From Fibrobacterales bacterium (lineage in GTDB: Bacteria > Fibrobacterota > Fibrobacteria > Fibrobacterales > JAOPTW01), in contig JAOPTW010000034.1 in the NCBI GenBank assembly GCA_051532035.1, forward strand, positions 1 through 64,000: a stretch of DNA of 64,000 bases, given 5' to 3'. The first letter of the stretch is position 1; each line of letters opens with the position of its first letter. Under the pieces are notes generated by a model. The model was not told where the DNA came from. It ran no database searches and saw only the letters and a list, made by a program, of their open reading frames with translations. A program made the position numbers and the translations under genes. Of the stretch, positions 9,062-19,796 are shown in pieces.

Positions 9062-10594
9062 ATGATCAGATTTATAGTCATCCCCTTTGTCTTGTCACTC
9101 TTTGCCTGCCTAAGTACCAATACCACAACTCCCACTTCTGAGGCAGAACTCTCTTCTCAATCAGCGGTAGCTCTATCAAGTGCTCCAACAACACACGATT
9201 CTATATCGTCTTCAATAAGTAGCTCAGAGACCCTCTCTTCACAGAGTAGTCTCAGCATATCATCTGTATCCAAGGACCATTCAGTGAGTTCCGCAGTACA
9301 CTCTTCTAAGATCTCATCTTCGTTAATTACCATAGCAGAGGAGATACAACAAGAGAAAATCAATGGGGTAACGGTACTCAAAGTACCTGGTGCTACAGTA
9401 ACAGAAGGATCTATTGATACCCATTTTACCAAACAGATAGAGGGATTTACTGATTTTTCATTTGATCTACTCAGAGAGATTAATGCCAAAGAGATGAAAA
9501 ACGTGATGATTTCGCCACACAGTATCGTGAGTGCTCTCTCAATGGTCTATCCAGGGGCTGAAGGTATGAGCAAAACAGAATTTGAAACGCTACTCAACAT
9601 CTCTTTAAGCGAAGATGCCTATAACTCTTTTATGTATTCCCTCAACCATAAATTGGTTCCCGGTGAATACACCTCACCCTATGCAGAGTATAGAGAGAGT
9701 GATAGCCCGGAAGAGGTCCCTTTTACCTTTAACATGAACAACACCAACTGGGGTGAGCAAAGCTTTCCGTTTGACCCTGAATTTCTTGCGACACTCAATA
9801 CTTATTATGAAGCGGGGCTCAACGTTGTCGATTTCAAACACAATTTTGAACCCGTGAGAATCCAGATTAATAAATGGGTCGAAGCGGAGACCAATGATAA
9901 AATAAAAAATATTCTTCCAAAAAAGAGCATCGACTCATTAACCAAAATGGTACTGGTAAACACCATCTATATGAAAGCAAATTGGTTAAATGACTTTACA
10001 GAACATGCCACAAGTGATCAGCCGTTTACCTTGCTTGATGGTACTACGACATCCGTTCCAACGATGCGCCAAACCGCCTATTTCGCTTCAGTTAAGAGTG
10101 ATGACTATCAAGCGATATCGCTCCCCTATATTGGCAATGAGTATTCAATGCTTATTGTGATGCCCGAAACCATTGATGAAAGTATCAGCACATTGAATAG
10201 TGAAACCCTTGGAACCATTTCAGGGGCGCTCAAGAGACAGCGTACACAGCTCTCACTACCCAAATTTAAGATTGAAAATAATTATTCTCTCAAAGAATTC
10301 TTTCAGAACATGGGAATGACCGAATCTTTTAGCTCCAAGGCAGACTTTAGTGGGTTTCATGCACAAGGGTTACCCGAAATATATATATCAAATATTCTAC
10401 ATAAGACATTTATTGAGGTAGATGAAAAAGGGACAGAAGCTGCTGCAGTTACGGCTATATTAATGGCCGGCACAACAAGTGTACCGCCAGACCCCATTTC
10501 AATTGAGATCGATAAACCATTCCTGTATTTTATTCAACATAACGAAACACAGCAAATTCTATTTATGGGCCAGGTGCTAAATCCGACAGAATAA
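9062..10594 (+). CDS. Serpin-family protease inhibitor, lipoprotein with Ser-rich linker
   Basis: Lipobox 'LFAC'; serpin motifs 'NVMISPHSI', 'INKWVEAETNDKIKNIL', 'LVNTIYMKANW', 'LPKFKIE', 'EVDEKGTEAAAVT', 'DKPFLYFI', 'LFMGQVLNP'. Confidence 0.96.
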   Translation: MIRFIVIPFVLSLFACLSTNTTTPTSEAELSSQSAVALSSAPTTHDSISSSISSSETLSSQSSLSISSVSKDHSVSSAVHSSKISSSLITIAEEIQQEKINGVTVLKVPGATVTEGSIDTHFTKQIEGFTDFSFDLLREINAKEMKNVMISPHSIVSALSMVYPGAEGMSKTEFETLLNISLSEDAYNSFMYSLNHKLVPGEYTSPYAEYRESDSPEEVPFTFNMNNTNWGEQSFPFDPEFLATLNTYYEAGLNVVDFKHNFEPVRIQINKWVEAETNDKIKNILPKKSIDSLTKMVLVNTIYMKANWLNDFTEHATSDQPFTLLDGTTTSVPTMRQTAYFASVKSDDYQAISLPYIGNEYSMLIVMPETIDESISTLNSETLGTISGALKRQRTQLSLPKFKIENNYSLKEFFQNMGMTESFSSKADFSGFHAQGLPEIYISNILHKTFIEVDEKGTEAAAVTAILMAGTTSVPPDPISIEIDKPFLYFIQHNETQQILFMGQVLNPTE

Positions 10595-10761
10595 ACTTCT
10601 CCCCCGTTACCGGAACAGCTATGATTACGGATTTGCCGATGGCGGAGTCATTAACACCTTTGATTAGTCAACAACACAACATTTGCAGAAGCAACAAAGC
10701 CCACACTAGCAAAGGGTATCATCATACAGAAACTTGAGTGAGGGCATGTTAAAACAGGTGA

Positions 10762-12513
10762 TTATTTTTTCGGATTAAACACAACATTGTCCAGTTGAAA
10801 ACTACCGCCGCCATTATAAATACCAATTGAGAACGTCATGATATTTTTCTTATCCGTAGTTATAAAGGTTCCAGAGCTGTTGGTATAAGAGAGCGTATCG
10901 CTTCCGTGTTGGAGATCAATGGTAATGGTCTGCCACTCATCATTAAGAGGGATGTCGTCCACCGCTGAATACTCAACAGCATATCGACTCCACTCATTTG
11001 TAGGTTGCGCATTTTTGTCTTCGAGAGAGACGATAAACAACACTTTTTCAATGCCCCATTCGGTTGAAGCAGTATCATAAAAATTGATATCAAAGGAGAG
11101 GGTCTCCATGTCTCCGATATCAATAAATCCTGAAGGGGTAAAATCAAAATAAATCCCCCCACTCCCTGCGCCACCATCCCACAGCATATCACCCAAAACA
11201 CCTTCTCGGTCAGACTCTTTTTCGCTACCACCACCTTGCCACCACCCAACAAGACTCAATGGTACAAATGCATCATCACTGTTATCAGTGTATACCCCAA
11301 TTGGCTTTACAACACCACCCGCTACTGATACCGAAAAACTCTTTCTGATGAAGTTTTTATGCCCATCGCTAAACTCCACTTTAAAGGCGTCAACAGAAGA
11401 ATCATCGGTATTAGTGTATGAAACCTCAATATCGCCATCAGCGTTTGTAGAAATTGAAACAGTACCAAACGATGGCTCAGACAACACAGTCCATTGGGAC
11501 GCATCATCATCCCCATCGCTATAGGTAAGGGTAATAGCTTCAGTGTTACCAACACCTGAAACAGCAATGTCAGTAGAACCTTTTATTACTGGTGCACTAT
11601 TCTGTACATATCCGGTATACCGCATATTATCGATATAGATAGGCCCATCTTCAGTGAGCCCCCCTACTTTGAAAAATATGCGGGTAAACTCCCACTCAAT
11701 ATCAATGCCAAAGTCTGCGACGGGTATAGTGACACTATGCCACTCACCATCAGTATACTCTGTGATGGTTGTCGCACCAGATTTTGTGACTCCCTCGAGG
11801 TTTGTAGACTCAACTGAGATAGTTAATGGTTGGGTCGCTTTAACATCAAATTTTAGTGCGGTGACTGATGACAAATTAACCGTTTGCCAACCGATGCTAT
11901 GAACCATAAAGAACCCATCGACCTTGGTACTATCTTCCCGGGTAAGACGGTTAATATCAAAAAGCCACCCTTTATTGCCTTCAGTTATCTCATCACACTC
12001 AACTTGGTCTTGCGTCGCCCACCGGTTACTCGTTGAATTTTGTGTAAACGTAGCTGAAGGATCAATATTGAGCATCCCATTATCATTAAGAGTAGCAGGT
12101 GCCCGTCTGCTCCCCTCTGGTATATCACCATCAATAAAAATTGCATAGACTGGCTCAGTATCTACCTCTGTTTCATGGGGGTACGAACCGGTAAAGGGGC
12201 TACAACTGGTCACCCGTGGTGCACTATATTCTGTTTCAGAACCAGTACTTGAACTACTTTCATCAAGGGATTCGCCTGCAGAAACAGTATCGTCTATCTT
12301 TTCCGATGACGAGCTGGTATCATTGTTATCCGTGTCAGAGCTCGGCTGTGTGGTGCCTTCTCCTTCACTACTTAACTGACCATCACTCGACTCCCCTGCA
12401 CTACTTTCTGTATCTGATAGGTCGGAAGAGAGCGCATCTATTGAGCTTGAATTGTCTCCACACCCAACAAGAAAAAACAATACTATTGATAACAAAGAAT
12501 AACGGATATACAT
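10762..12513 (-). CDS. Lipoprotein with two galactose-binding-like (CBM-like) domains and an Ig-like spacer
   Basis: Lipobox 'LVGC', Ser-rich linker, two repeats of 'L.FD...W..(V/I)TI....(I/L)DN' ('GEWHSVTIPVADF', 'DEWQTITIDL'), and an 'NSAPV...YSDGDDD' Ig-like segment. Confidence 0.65.
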   Translation of the reverse strand: MYIRYSLLSIVLFFLVGCGDNSSSIDALSSDLSDTESSAGESSDGQLSSEGEGTTQPSSDTDNNDTSSSSEKIDDTVSAGESLDESSSSTGSETEYSAPRVTSCSPFTGSYPHETEVDTEPVYAIFIDGDIPEGSRRAPATLNDNGMLNIDPSATFTQNSTSNRWATQDQVECDEITEGNKGWLFDINRLTREDSTKVDGFFMVHSIGWQTVNLSSVTALKFDVKATQPLTISVESTNLEGVTKSGATTITEYTDGEWHSVTIPVADFGIDIEWEFTRIFFKVGGLTEDGPIYIDNMRYTGYVQNSAPVIKGSTDIAVSGVGNTEAITLTYSDGDDDASQWTVLSEPSFGTVSISTNADGDIEVSYTNTDDSSVDAFKVEFSDGHKNFIRKSFSVSVAGGVVKPIGVYTDNSDDAFVPLSLVGWWQGGGSEKESDREGVLGDMLWDGGAGSGGIYFDFTPSGFIDIGDMETLSFDINFYDTASTEWGIEKVLFIVSLEDKNAQPTNEWSRYAVEYSAVDDIPLNDEWQTITIDLQHGSDTLSYTNSSGTFITTDKKNIMTFSIGIYNGGGSFQLDNVVFNPKK

Positions 12514-12807
12514 GGCTGCCCCTATATTTTTGTGAAACGACACTCAAAAAACAGATTCTGATGTGCGTGTTGATACTACTGTGCCTCAAATTACGTTCCA
12601 GACGAGTAACACGGATAGTATATGTAAAATATACATTATGAATAAGTTTAGAGCAAGGCATTGAGCAAGGTGTAAAAGATCAAATCAAAGTCGTTGAGAA
12701 CCTTTTACATATAAAGTATGATTGGAAATTCATTACTGAGATTACCAGTCTTTCCCGTGAAAAATTTCAGGGACTTAAGAAGAAGTACTCTGAGACTCCC
12801 TTACAGA

Positions 12808-14082
12808 CTACTGAATAATCTCAGATTGCACAACATCAAAATCCTTCCCAATGATGACATTATCAAAATAGACCACACGCGAATCTGCAGCAGTCTCCCT
12901 CTCATTCCACTTAGGGCAATAGAGGCCCCACTTGATATAATTTTTCCGATCGCTCGCCAAGGAATAGAGGGTAGGGAGATCTAATTTTTCTAACACCTTT
13001 GTGTACCCATATTCTGTTTCTCGCTTATGCCAAACAGTAAAAGCGCCATCGGCAGAGCTCGACCATATAATGTTAAAAACAAAGTCATTCCATACACCCT
13101 CTACAAAGGGCATAACCGTCTCCTGGCCTTTAAAATCATCATAATTATGACGCACAACAAATAAATCGTGTTTAATTCCAAAAAAGATATGAGGGCCACC
13201 GCCGACCCCCGTCATTTTCCACTGAAAAATAATGTCTTCATTGGCACCATCATTAACCCAGCCTTCGGGTATATACACACTCATTCTATAAGAGAGACTA
13301 TCCCCTTCCGTAAACATCGTGCCATCTACATCCAATGCATCATTCTCAGATCTTGTCCCATTAAATACCATATTGTCACCGCTTCGAACTTCAAAGCGCG
13401 CTGAATACTTTCCAGAACGCACAATAGATTCTTCCAAAGTTGCACCGTATTCTTTTGTAGTATCATAGCCCAGGCCGAGTCTCTCACTCTGCATCAGTCC
13501 ATCTTCATAATCAATGTGATAGAGATGCGTTTCGGGGGCAATATGACACACTGGGTCCTCTGCACAGTCGGGATCAGCGCAATCCATCCAGCCATCTCTT
13601 TCATTATCTATCATATCATCACACACAACTTCTAGTGTATCACTCGCACTGTCAGAGTTACTCACATACTCTCGAGTACTACTACTGAGGTCATCCCGTT
13701 CACTCGAATAATTCTCATCCACCGCAAAGCACCATATAAAATCGTTACACTCCAAGTCATCACAATCAATATCGCCATCACCATCATTGTCGAGACCATC
13801 ACGACATTCGGTGATTCTATTTTCGGGTATCCATAGAGTGATCTCTTCAGAAGACCCATCAAGACTTGAAGCATAACTGCTCTGCTCTTGAGAAAGGTCC
13901 GAGGATTGGTCACTTAACAGTGATTCAGAGCTCTCTTGTGCTTGTTCTGAACTCAATCCTACTGAACTCAATTCAGATACATCGGAACTACTCTCCCTTT
14001 GAGAAGTCAGATCCTGATTTGTAGAAAAGCAACCAGTTATTGTTATAAGTATGATGCAGTGAAGTGCGACTAAATACGACAT
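12808..14082 (-). CDS. Polysaccharide lyase (Polysacc_lyase/heparin-lyase-I-like jelly-roll) lipoprotein with two Cys/Asp repeats
   Basis: Lipobox 'ITGC'; motifs 'RSGKYSARFEV', 'TRSEN', 'YRMSVYIP', 'IIFQWK', 'WNDFVFNIIWS', 'YIKWGLY', 'VYFDNV'. Confidence 0.8.
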   Translation of the reverse strand: MSYLVALHCIILITITGCFSTNQDLTSQRESSSDVSELSSVGLSSEQAQESSESLLSDQSSDLSQEQSSYASSLDGSSEEITLWIPENRITECRDGLDNDGDGDIDCDDLECNDFIWCFAVDENYSSERDDLSSSTREYVSNSDSASDTLEVVCDDMIDNERDGWMDCADPDCAEDPVCHIAPETHLYHIDYEDGLMQSERLGLGYDTTKEYGATLEESIVRSGKYSARFEVRSGDNMVFNGTRSENDALDVDGTMFTEGDSLSYRMSVYIPEGWVNDGANEDIIFQWKMTGVGGGPHIFFGIKHDLFVVRHNYDDFKGQETVMPFVEGVWNDFVFNIIWSSSADGAFTVWHKRETEYGYTKVLEKLDLPTLYSLASDRKNYIKWGLYCPKWNERETAADSRVVYFDNVIIGKDFDVVQSEIIQ

Positions 14083-14202
14083 ATTCCCCCAAATAGTAAA
14101 TCGTTATAGTATGTGTTGTGATTTTAATAATAGTTTAATTGAAGTATGATAGAGTACATCAACTCGGCAGTCATTCAATTAGTGTTCACATAATGACCGT
14201 AC

Positions 14203-16218
14203 CTACTTAATGAACAGTGGCACGAGAGTCTCCCCTATTTTTACGACATACGCCCCTGAGGGTAACGCTCTATTGAGGGTTTCTGCCTCGCTGCCGCTCA
14301 TTGATACCCTTTTTACAATAGCCCCATCCATCCCATAGACAACCACCATTCTTCTATCATTGCTCTCATTAAAAACATGAGAAGCGCCGGACAGTGATAA
14401 AACCTCCTCAAAGGGCGGCATAACGAGCTCTGATGATGAGGATGCTGAAGATGACGAGAATGTAGCCGTCTCGCCTAATGAAGATTCTTCTGGAGTGGCA
14501 GTACCACTCGAAGAGGATTGTAAGTGACTACTTGAAGAACGCTCCTCAATATCAGCATCTAACACAATCAAGTGATACAAGTTGAGCCCCAAACTGGCCA
14601 CACTTACTCCAAAGGTATGGGCTCCCTCTGGTAATGTAACGGGAAAGGTCAATCTCGATACTGCACCAGCGGTATTAGGTATTTCAAACTGCCCCAATTG
14701 TTCACCCCCACCATAATACTCAAGAGTAAGGGTACTCGGGCTTGTGGTCGAGACCTCCAGTACGAGAATCCACTCTTTTTCCTCTGGTACATAGAGATTA
14801 TAGGCTAGCCAGTTGCCGGTTACTAGCCCAGAAAGGTAGGCACTGCTATCAGTAACAACCGATTCACCACCCTCCTTATTACAGTAGTTTACTGCGAATA
14901 CGGTATCCCCAGGATACAAAGGATTTTGAGTGTCGCAACTGCGGTGTCCCTTTGTTAATGCATTGAGGGATGCAGTATTGCGGTTTGTGTTTTCAAGGCG
15001 CACATTCTCTGCTAGCTCCATAAGAGTAGCAAAGGCTTTCTCAGCATGGGGTTTTTGCCTGTCGATACTCCCCGGGTTTTGAGTGGTATAATTCCAGTAG
15101 TCTTGGAGTTCTTGAAACCCACCTGGTTTTTGAATATGGTACATTCCCGCTTCGAGTTTTTTCCAAGTCCACCAAGCCCAGCCAATGGTATGTTCTTCTA
15201 GAAGTTCGACCGCATCATAAAACCACGGATCGCTATTTTCCCCTGATTCACTCATCCAAAGAGGAGCTTGATATTGATCACGCATGCCAACATAGCCTGC
15301 AATGGATTCAAAATTATTGTCATTCCAATATTTATGAAAACTGATGATTACATTGTCATCAGCAACAGGCATTGGCCACAAACCATTGTGATTGCCCCCC
15401 CAACAGTTTCCCGAGATAACAATCATATGATTTGGGTCAACAGAACGAATGGCAGGAATCAACGCTGCATACATTTCTTTCAGTGGCTCGTTTCTTTGAT
15501 CATCACATCCGTTTTTATTCCCCCCTTCAAATGCCCAGTTAGGTTCATTTAAAGGGTCATACCCCCCAACCCATTCATTATCTGCATAGCGCGCAGCAAG
15601 CTTAACCCAAAGGGCAACAGTCTTTCTTCGATTTTCCGCACTTTCCCATAACGATGGCTTATTTGGGTCGTAATCATTGATATTCCCATTATACCCCTGA
15701 CCACCGGGCGCTGCGTGCATATCAAGTATCATATAAATCTGATGACGCTCTCCCCATCCTACCAGAGAGTCGATCATAGTAAACCCTTTATCAAGCCACG
15801 TATCGTGCCCTTCTACGGGTTCTTTATCAATAGGGAGTGTAAAAAGGTTAAAATGCATAGGAATACGTACAGTATTAAAGCCCGACTCCTTTAAAGCAAT
15901 CACATCCTGTTCAATGAAAAAATTGTCGAGCCATTTTTGATGAAACTGCTCCATCCGATCAACGCCAACAACATCGGCGATATCATTCAGTATTTTGTGC
16001 TGACCCTCATCGACGCTTTGATTAAGATCGAGCATGTAGGGCTCCATAACCATCCAGCCCCCAATACCCATTGCACGAATCATATACGGTTGTCCAGCAC
16101 CATCTACTAGGTCTGTTCCCTCTGCATGGAGAAACCCCCGACCATAGGATGAAGAAACAGTTGCCCCAACCATTACTATTAAAAACAGAACTCTGCTAAA
16201 AATTCCAGCGTTTTCCAT
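14203..16218 (-). CDS. Glycoside hydrolase family 5 (subfamily-46-like) with CBM6-like module and C-terminal sorting domain
   Basis: 'GFNTVRIPMH', 'ILDMHAAPGGQ', acid/base 'LNEP', 'FHKYW', nucleophile 'WMSESGEN', 'GWAWWTWKK'. Tail 'VYGMDG...LPSGAYVVK...FIK'. Confidence 0.92.
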   Translation of the reverse strand: MENAGIFSRVLFLIVMVGATVSSSYGRGFLHAEGTDLVDGAGQPYMIRAMGIGGWMVMEPYMLDLNQSVDEGQHKILNDIADVVGVDRMEQFHQKWLDNFFIEQDVIALKESGFNTVRIPMHFNLFTLPIDKEPVEGHDTWLDKGFTMIDSLVGWGERHQIYMILDMHAAPGGQGYNGNINDYDPNKPSLWESAENRRKTVALWVKLAARYADNEWVGGYDPLNEPNWAFEGGNKNGCDDQRNEPLKEMYAALIPAIRSVDPNHMIVISGNCWGGNHNGLWPMPVADDNVIISFHKYWNDNNFESIAGYVGMRDQYQAPLWMSESGENSDPWFYDAVELLEEHTIGWAWWTWKKLEAGMYHIQKPGGFQELQDYWNYTTQNPGSIDRQKPHAEKAFATLMELAENVRLENTNRNTASLNALTKGHRSCDTQNPLYPGDTVFAVNYCNKEGGESVVTDSSAYLSGLVTGNWLAYNLYVPEEKEWILVLEVSTTSPSTLTLEYYGGGEQLGQFEIPNTAGAVSRLTFPVTLPEGAHTFGVSVASLGLNLYHLIVLDADIEERSSSSHLQSSSSGTATPEESSLGETATFSSSSASSSSELVMPPFEEVLSLSGASHVFNESNDRRMVVVYGMDGAIVKRVSMSGSEAETLNRALPSGAYVVKIGETLVPLFIK

Positions 16219-16441
16219 AAGTACCCCTCTAGGAATCTTCTTTTATAGCAGTGCCAAAACTAAATATATGTGAAATGTATTAAGGCACCTACAACCCATA
16301 ACACGAGAATTACCTAAGCAATCCACGCAATGTGTCATATATAAACTAGGTTATTCCCGTAACAAGCGCAACGGCTGTTTTACGGTTGAACGAGTCTCGA
16401 TTCACAGTAAAAACCTCAATTAAGAGGATTTTGAGTCCGTA

Positions 16442-18091
16442 TTACTCTTTTTCAAAATCAATTTGTGGGCGCCACGTGCCATTTGCCCCAAATGTGCCAC
16501 TCATATTGACGAGCTCACCATGATACCCCTGTGATGATTGGTCTGTAATACTCAGAGGATCCTGAAAATCATACTTGAAATCATAGCTCAAGACTAACCC
16601 TACCGTATCAGACAAACCATCAGTGGTTTTGTAGATATTATCAACGATCTCCTGAGCACTGCGTACACCGCTCCATATACGAATATTATCCATACGTCCA
16701 TTAAAATATTTATCCCAATCCTCACTTCCGCGACCCAGATAATTTTCTCCCCTCACCGCATTTTTTGGTACGGCTCTTTTACCTTTAGGAACACTTTTTT
16801 CAGCAACACCATTTACATAAAAAGTCGTTAATCCTTCTGGAGTTACCGATACGGCTACATGCTTCCAGGCACCTATTTCAGTAAATACAGAATCGACAAT
16901 TTCCTCTTCCCAGTAGACCCTCCCATCGCCATTTTCATGATTATTCACAGTATATTTAAGTTTATTGTTATCACCGTCAACATTAATGCCAAAAGCAATC
17001 ATGTTACTATAGTTACTATCAGTAGAAAGGTGTATCAATTGAGTAAATTCCTTAAATTGGTCCCAAGCCACCCATAACTCCATTGTAATTCCTGTCTGCT
17101 GCCACTGAGGATTCATCGCCCCTTGTATAGTAACATACTTTGGTTTACCCCCAAAATGAAGTATTGCCGCCGTGTCTAAAACGTGGATAACTGAAGAAGA
17201 GCTCGCATTACTCACAGAACTTGTAGCAGTTACTGACGACTCACTACTCACACCGACCGAAGAGCTTGCCTTTGAAGAACTACTCGAAACACTGACAAAA
17301 CTCGAAGACGACGGGGTAACTACTGCAGAAGATTGTGGAGCAACCGATGACGACACCTGAATAGCAGCAGAAGTGCCAACACTGCTTAGTGATGCCCCCA
17401 ACTGAGAAGAGAAATCACCCTGAACTTCTGATGAAAGATTAGTATTCTTTACCGTGTCTACACTTGACTGAGGTATACCCTCTGTGCTACTCGAGCTCAA
17501 AGGAGCGAGAGGATTAGGAAGAGAACTTGATACTGGTTCTTCTTCCCCTTTACTGAGTGACGAGCTACTCATGATAATGACACCAACTATTCGCTCGTAC
17601 TCAACAGCAATAAATTTTTCAACAAAGGCAATACTCGCCTCTTCTTCAATCCCATGGGCAATAACTGCTTCCAACTCTAGGGTAAGGGAATCGACCTTGG
17701 CTTTATCCTGTAAAGGATCTAATTGATTTTTTTGCTGCTCAATGACTGCGACAATTGAATCATAGGTGGAGGCATACTGCTCGGTTAACAAAAGCAACCC
17801 CTCAACCTTCATTAATATGACTTCATCATATCGTTCTAGAATACCCACATCGGTTACAGCACTCGCCTTCTCTTTTAATACATATACCGAATCACTGAGT
17901 AGCTTGATCTCAAACGCAAGCTCCTCTAACTCTTGAGTGGGAGTAACACTCTCTGATACGATTTCTGGCTCTGATTCATCAACCGGTGTAATACCGTCAC
18001 TACACTGTGTCAGCAGCGTCAAACAGATAATTGAAACAAATAAAATTGAAAAATAAATAGAAGTACTACGAAGTATAGACATCGCCTGCAT
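16442..18091 (-). CDS. Putative lipoprotein: helical region, long Ser-rich linker, LamG domain
   Basis: 'LTQC' after a hydrophobic stretch; LamG motifs 'ITMELWV', 'WKHVAVS', 'FYVNG', 'FNGRMDNIRIWS'. The domain is paralogous to that of 6249..7817. Confidence 0.82.
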   Translation of the reverse strand: MQAMSILRSTSIYFSILFVSIICLTLLTQCSDGITPVDESEPEIVSESVTPTQELEELAFEIKLLSDSVYVLKEKASAVTDVGILERYDEVILMKVEGLLLLTEQYASTYDSIVAVIEQQKNQLDPLQDKAKVDSLTLELEAVIAHGIEEEASIAFVEKFIAVEYERIVGVIIMSSSSLSKGEEEPVSSSLPNPLAPLSSSSTEGIPQSSVDTVKNTNLSSEVQGDFSSQLGASLSSVGTSAAIQVSSSVAPQSSAVVTPSSSSFVSVSSSSSKASSSVGVSSESSVTATSSVSNASSSSVIHVLDTAAILHFGGKPKYVTIQGAMNPQWQQTGITMELWVAWDQFKEFTQLIHLSTDSNYSNMIAFGINVDGDNNKLKYTVNNHENGDGRVYWEEEIVDSVFTEIGAWKHVAVSVTPEGLTTFYVNGVAEKSVPKGKRAVPKNAVRGENYLGRGSEDWDKYFNGRMDNIRIWSGVRSAQEIVDNIYKTTDGLSDTVGLVLSYDFKYDFQDPLSITDQSSQGYHGELVNMSGTFGANGTWRPQIDFEKE

Positions 18092-18319
18092 ACGTCCCCT
18101 TATGTGTAACTGATAGATGTGTACTTGTGTGGTGTGTTACCCTATCAGTGCCCTTTTATTACCGCACAACTCACAATAGGATGATAGAGCCATGGGGTAA
18201 ATCCCAGTAAAAAAATACTAAATAGATACGAAAATTGCTTTGTAAATGCCTATAACAGAGGCGTTACAGCACAATATGTTCGTCCCAAAGAGGATCTTAA
18301 TGTAATTTATACAGTTTCT

Positions 18320-18730
18320 TTGTTCACACTGGTAAATCGTACTCATTTTTACTACACAAAACCACCATATCACCACGGTATATTCACCACACATGAATAT
18401 CTGCTTGAAGGTGACAGGCTCGGAACAGGCGGCGGTGATATTTGGGATGAAGTCATCAACCCTAACCCCAATGTATTTATGGTCCACTGTGGGCATTATG
18501 GGGGCATCAGAGAAAACCTTGTGGTCACCAATAACGATGCGGGTAAACCTGTGTATCAGATTTTGAGTGATTATCAATCGGATGATAATGGAGGCAATGG
18601 TTTTTTACGGCTCTACACTTTTCGTCCGAGCCTCAGCATCATCGAAGTCTCTACATATTCCCCATCGCTCAATGAGTTTGAAAAAGATAACACGAGTCGA
18701 TTTGACATCAACTTTCCGTTCAGTTTATAA
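18320..18730 (+). pseudogene. C-terminal fragment of a calcineurin-like metallophosphoesterase
   Basis: 'IFTTHEYL', 'NVFMVHCGH', 'VYQILSDYQ...GGNGFLRL..F' are late motifs of this family. The N-terminal DxH/GD/GNHD motifs are absent, and the start is TTG without a clear RBS. Confidence 0.6.
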
Positions 18731-18761
18731 CATAGACGTGTAGCATACAACGATCCTGTAG

Positions 18762-19661
18762 TTACCTTTTCTTAATCTTAGGAATTTTCAAAATAATACC
18801 CGCCTTAATAAAAGGCGTAGAATCAAGCTCACCCTTGGCAACCGTTGTCCCATTTCGACTAAACTCCATATCAGTTACATTAAATATGTACCCCATTTGA
18901 ATGTTAATAAAAAATGGTTTTTTGATGGGTATGAGAAAATCTGGGCCTACACTAATACGGCTAAACCGCAACTCTATATCAGAGACTGTTTCAGTATTAA
19001 ACCGGATATGATCTCCCTCTAACTGAGTCCGAACCCCCATATGAAGCTTGTTGTCAAACACATAGTAGAGACTCATAAAAGAAGGCATGATTGTAGTAAA
19101 CTTTATTGAACTCCATCGTTTCTGGAATCCCAGGAGAGGGAGTAATAAAGGACGTCCCGTATTTCGGGTATATATGAGGCCGAGCATTAGGGAATATTCA
19201 TGAGTCCGATAGAGGCCAGCGATAGCGCCATTTAATTGCCATATTCTGTTACTGATGCCATTTTCAAAATCAGTTATGAGCTTAGGAAGTAGAGAAATAG
19301 TCCCTGTCCAAACGCTATCTTTAAGCCAGATAGCCCTGAGCCCCATTTGAAACCCATGAAAAGAGCGTGTGTTTTGTGCACGTTCTGGAAACTCGCCATG
19401 AACAAACAAGCCCTTATACTGAGGAGCTCCCATCAGAATAAATGATTTATTTAAGCGATACGGTATTATAAACCCTGCATGAACAGTTTGAAGCCCTAAT
19501 GCAGAAGTTAGCTGAGTACTATCCCCTGCAACCTTAAGGGAACTTTCTGGAGACCAATGATAACTCAATGTAGCCAGATTACTTTCAAATGCACAAACAT
19601 CTAAAGGGACAACCGCTAAAATCAGTACACATTGAGTAAAATAGATGATATTTTTAAGCAT
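18762..19661 (-). CDS. Outer-membrane beta-barrel protein (DUF6268-like)
   Basis: Signal peptide; 'LGLIYTRNTGRPLLLPLLG', 'TIMPS..L.Y'; alternating strand pattern. Confidence 0.7.
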   Translation of the reverse strand: MLKNIIYFTQCVLILAVVPLDVCAFESNLATLSYHWSPESSLKVAGDSTQLTSALGLQTVHAGFIIPYRLNKSFILMGAPQYKGLFVHGEFPERAQNTRSFHGFQMGLRAIWLKDSVWTGTISLLPKLITDFENGISNRIWQLNGAIAGLYRTHEYSLMLGLIYTRNTGRPLLLPLLGFQKRWSSIKFTTIMPSFMSLYYVFDNKLHMGVRTQLEGDHIRFNTETVSDIELRFSRISVGPDFLIPIKKPFFINIQMGYIFNVTDMEFSRNGTTVAKGELDSTPFIKAGIILKIPKIKKR

Positions 19662-19796
19662 AGCTCCAAGTATACCTTCATTTTGTACAGTAGTCTATAC
19701 CAGCCCTTTTGATAACTAAAAATATTCTCATTTATTGGCTATTTTGTTGAAATTTGCGTATAATCAAAAGGATATTCACCTATAAAGTAGACCCGA

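Noticed and set aside
12651..12670. GAGCAAGG direct repeat upstream of the CBM-like lipoprotein
   Set aside because: A single short pair with no second instance noticed; too weak to call.
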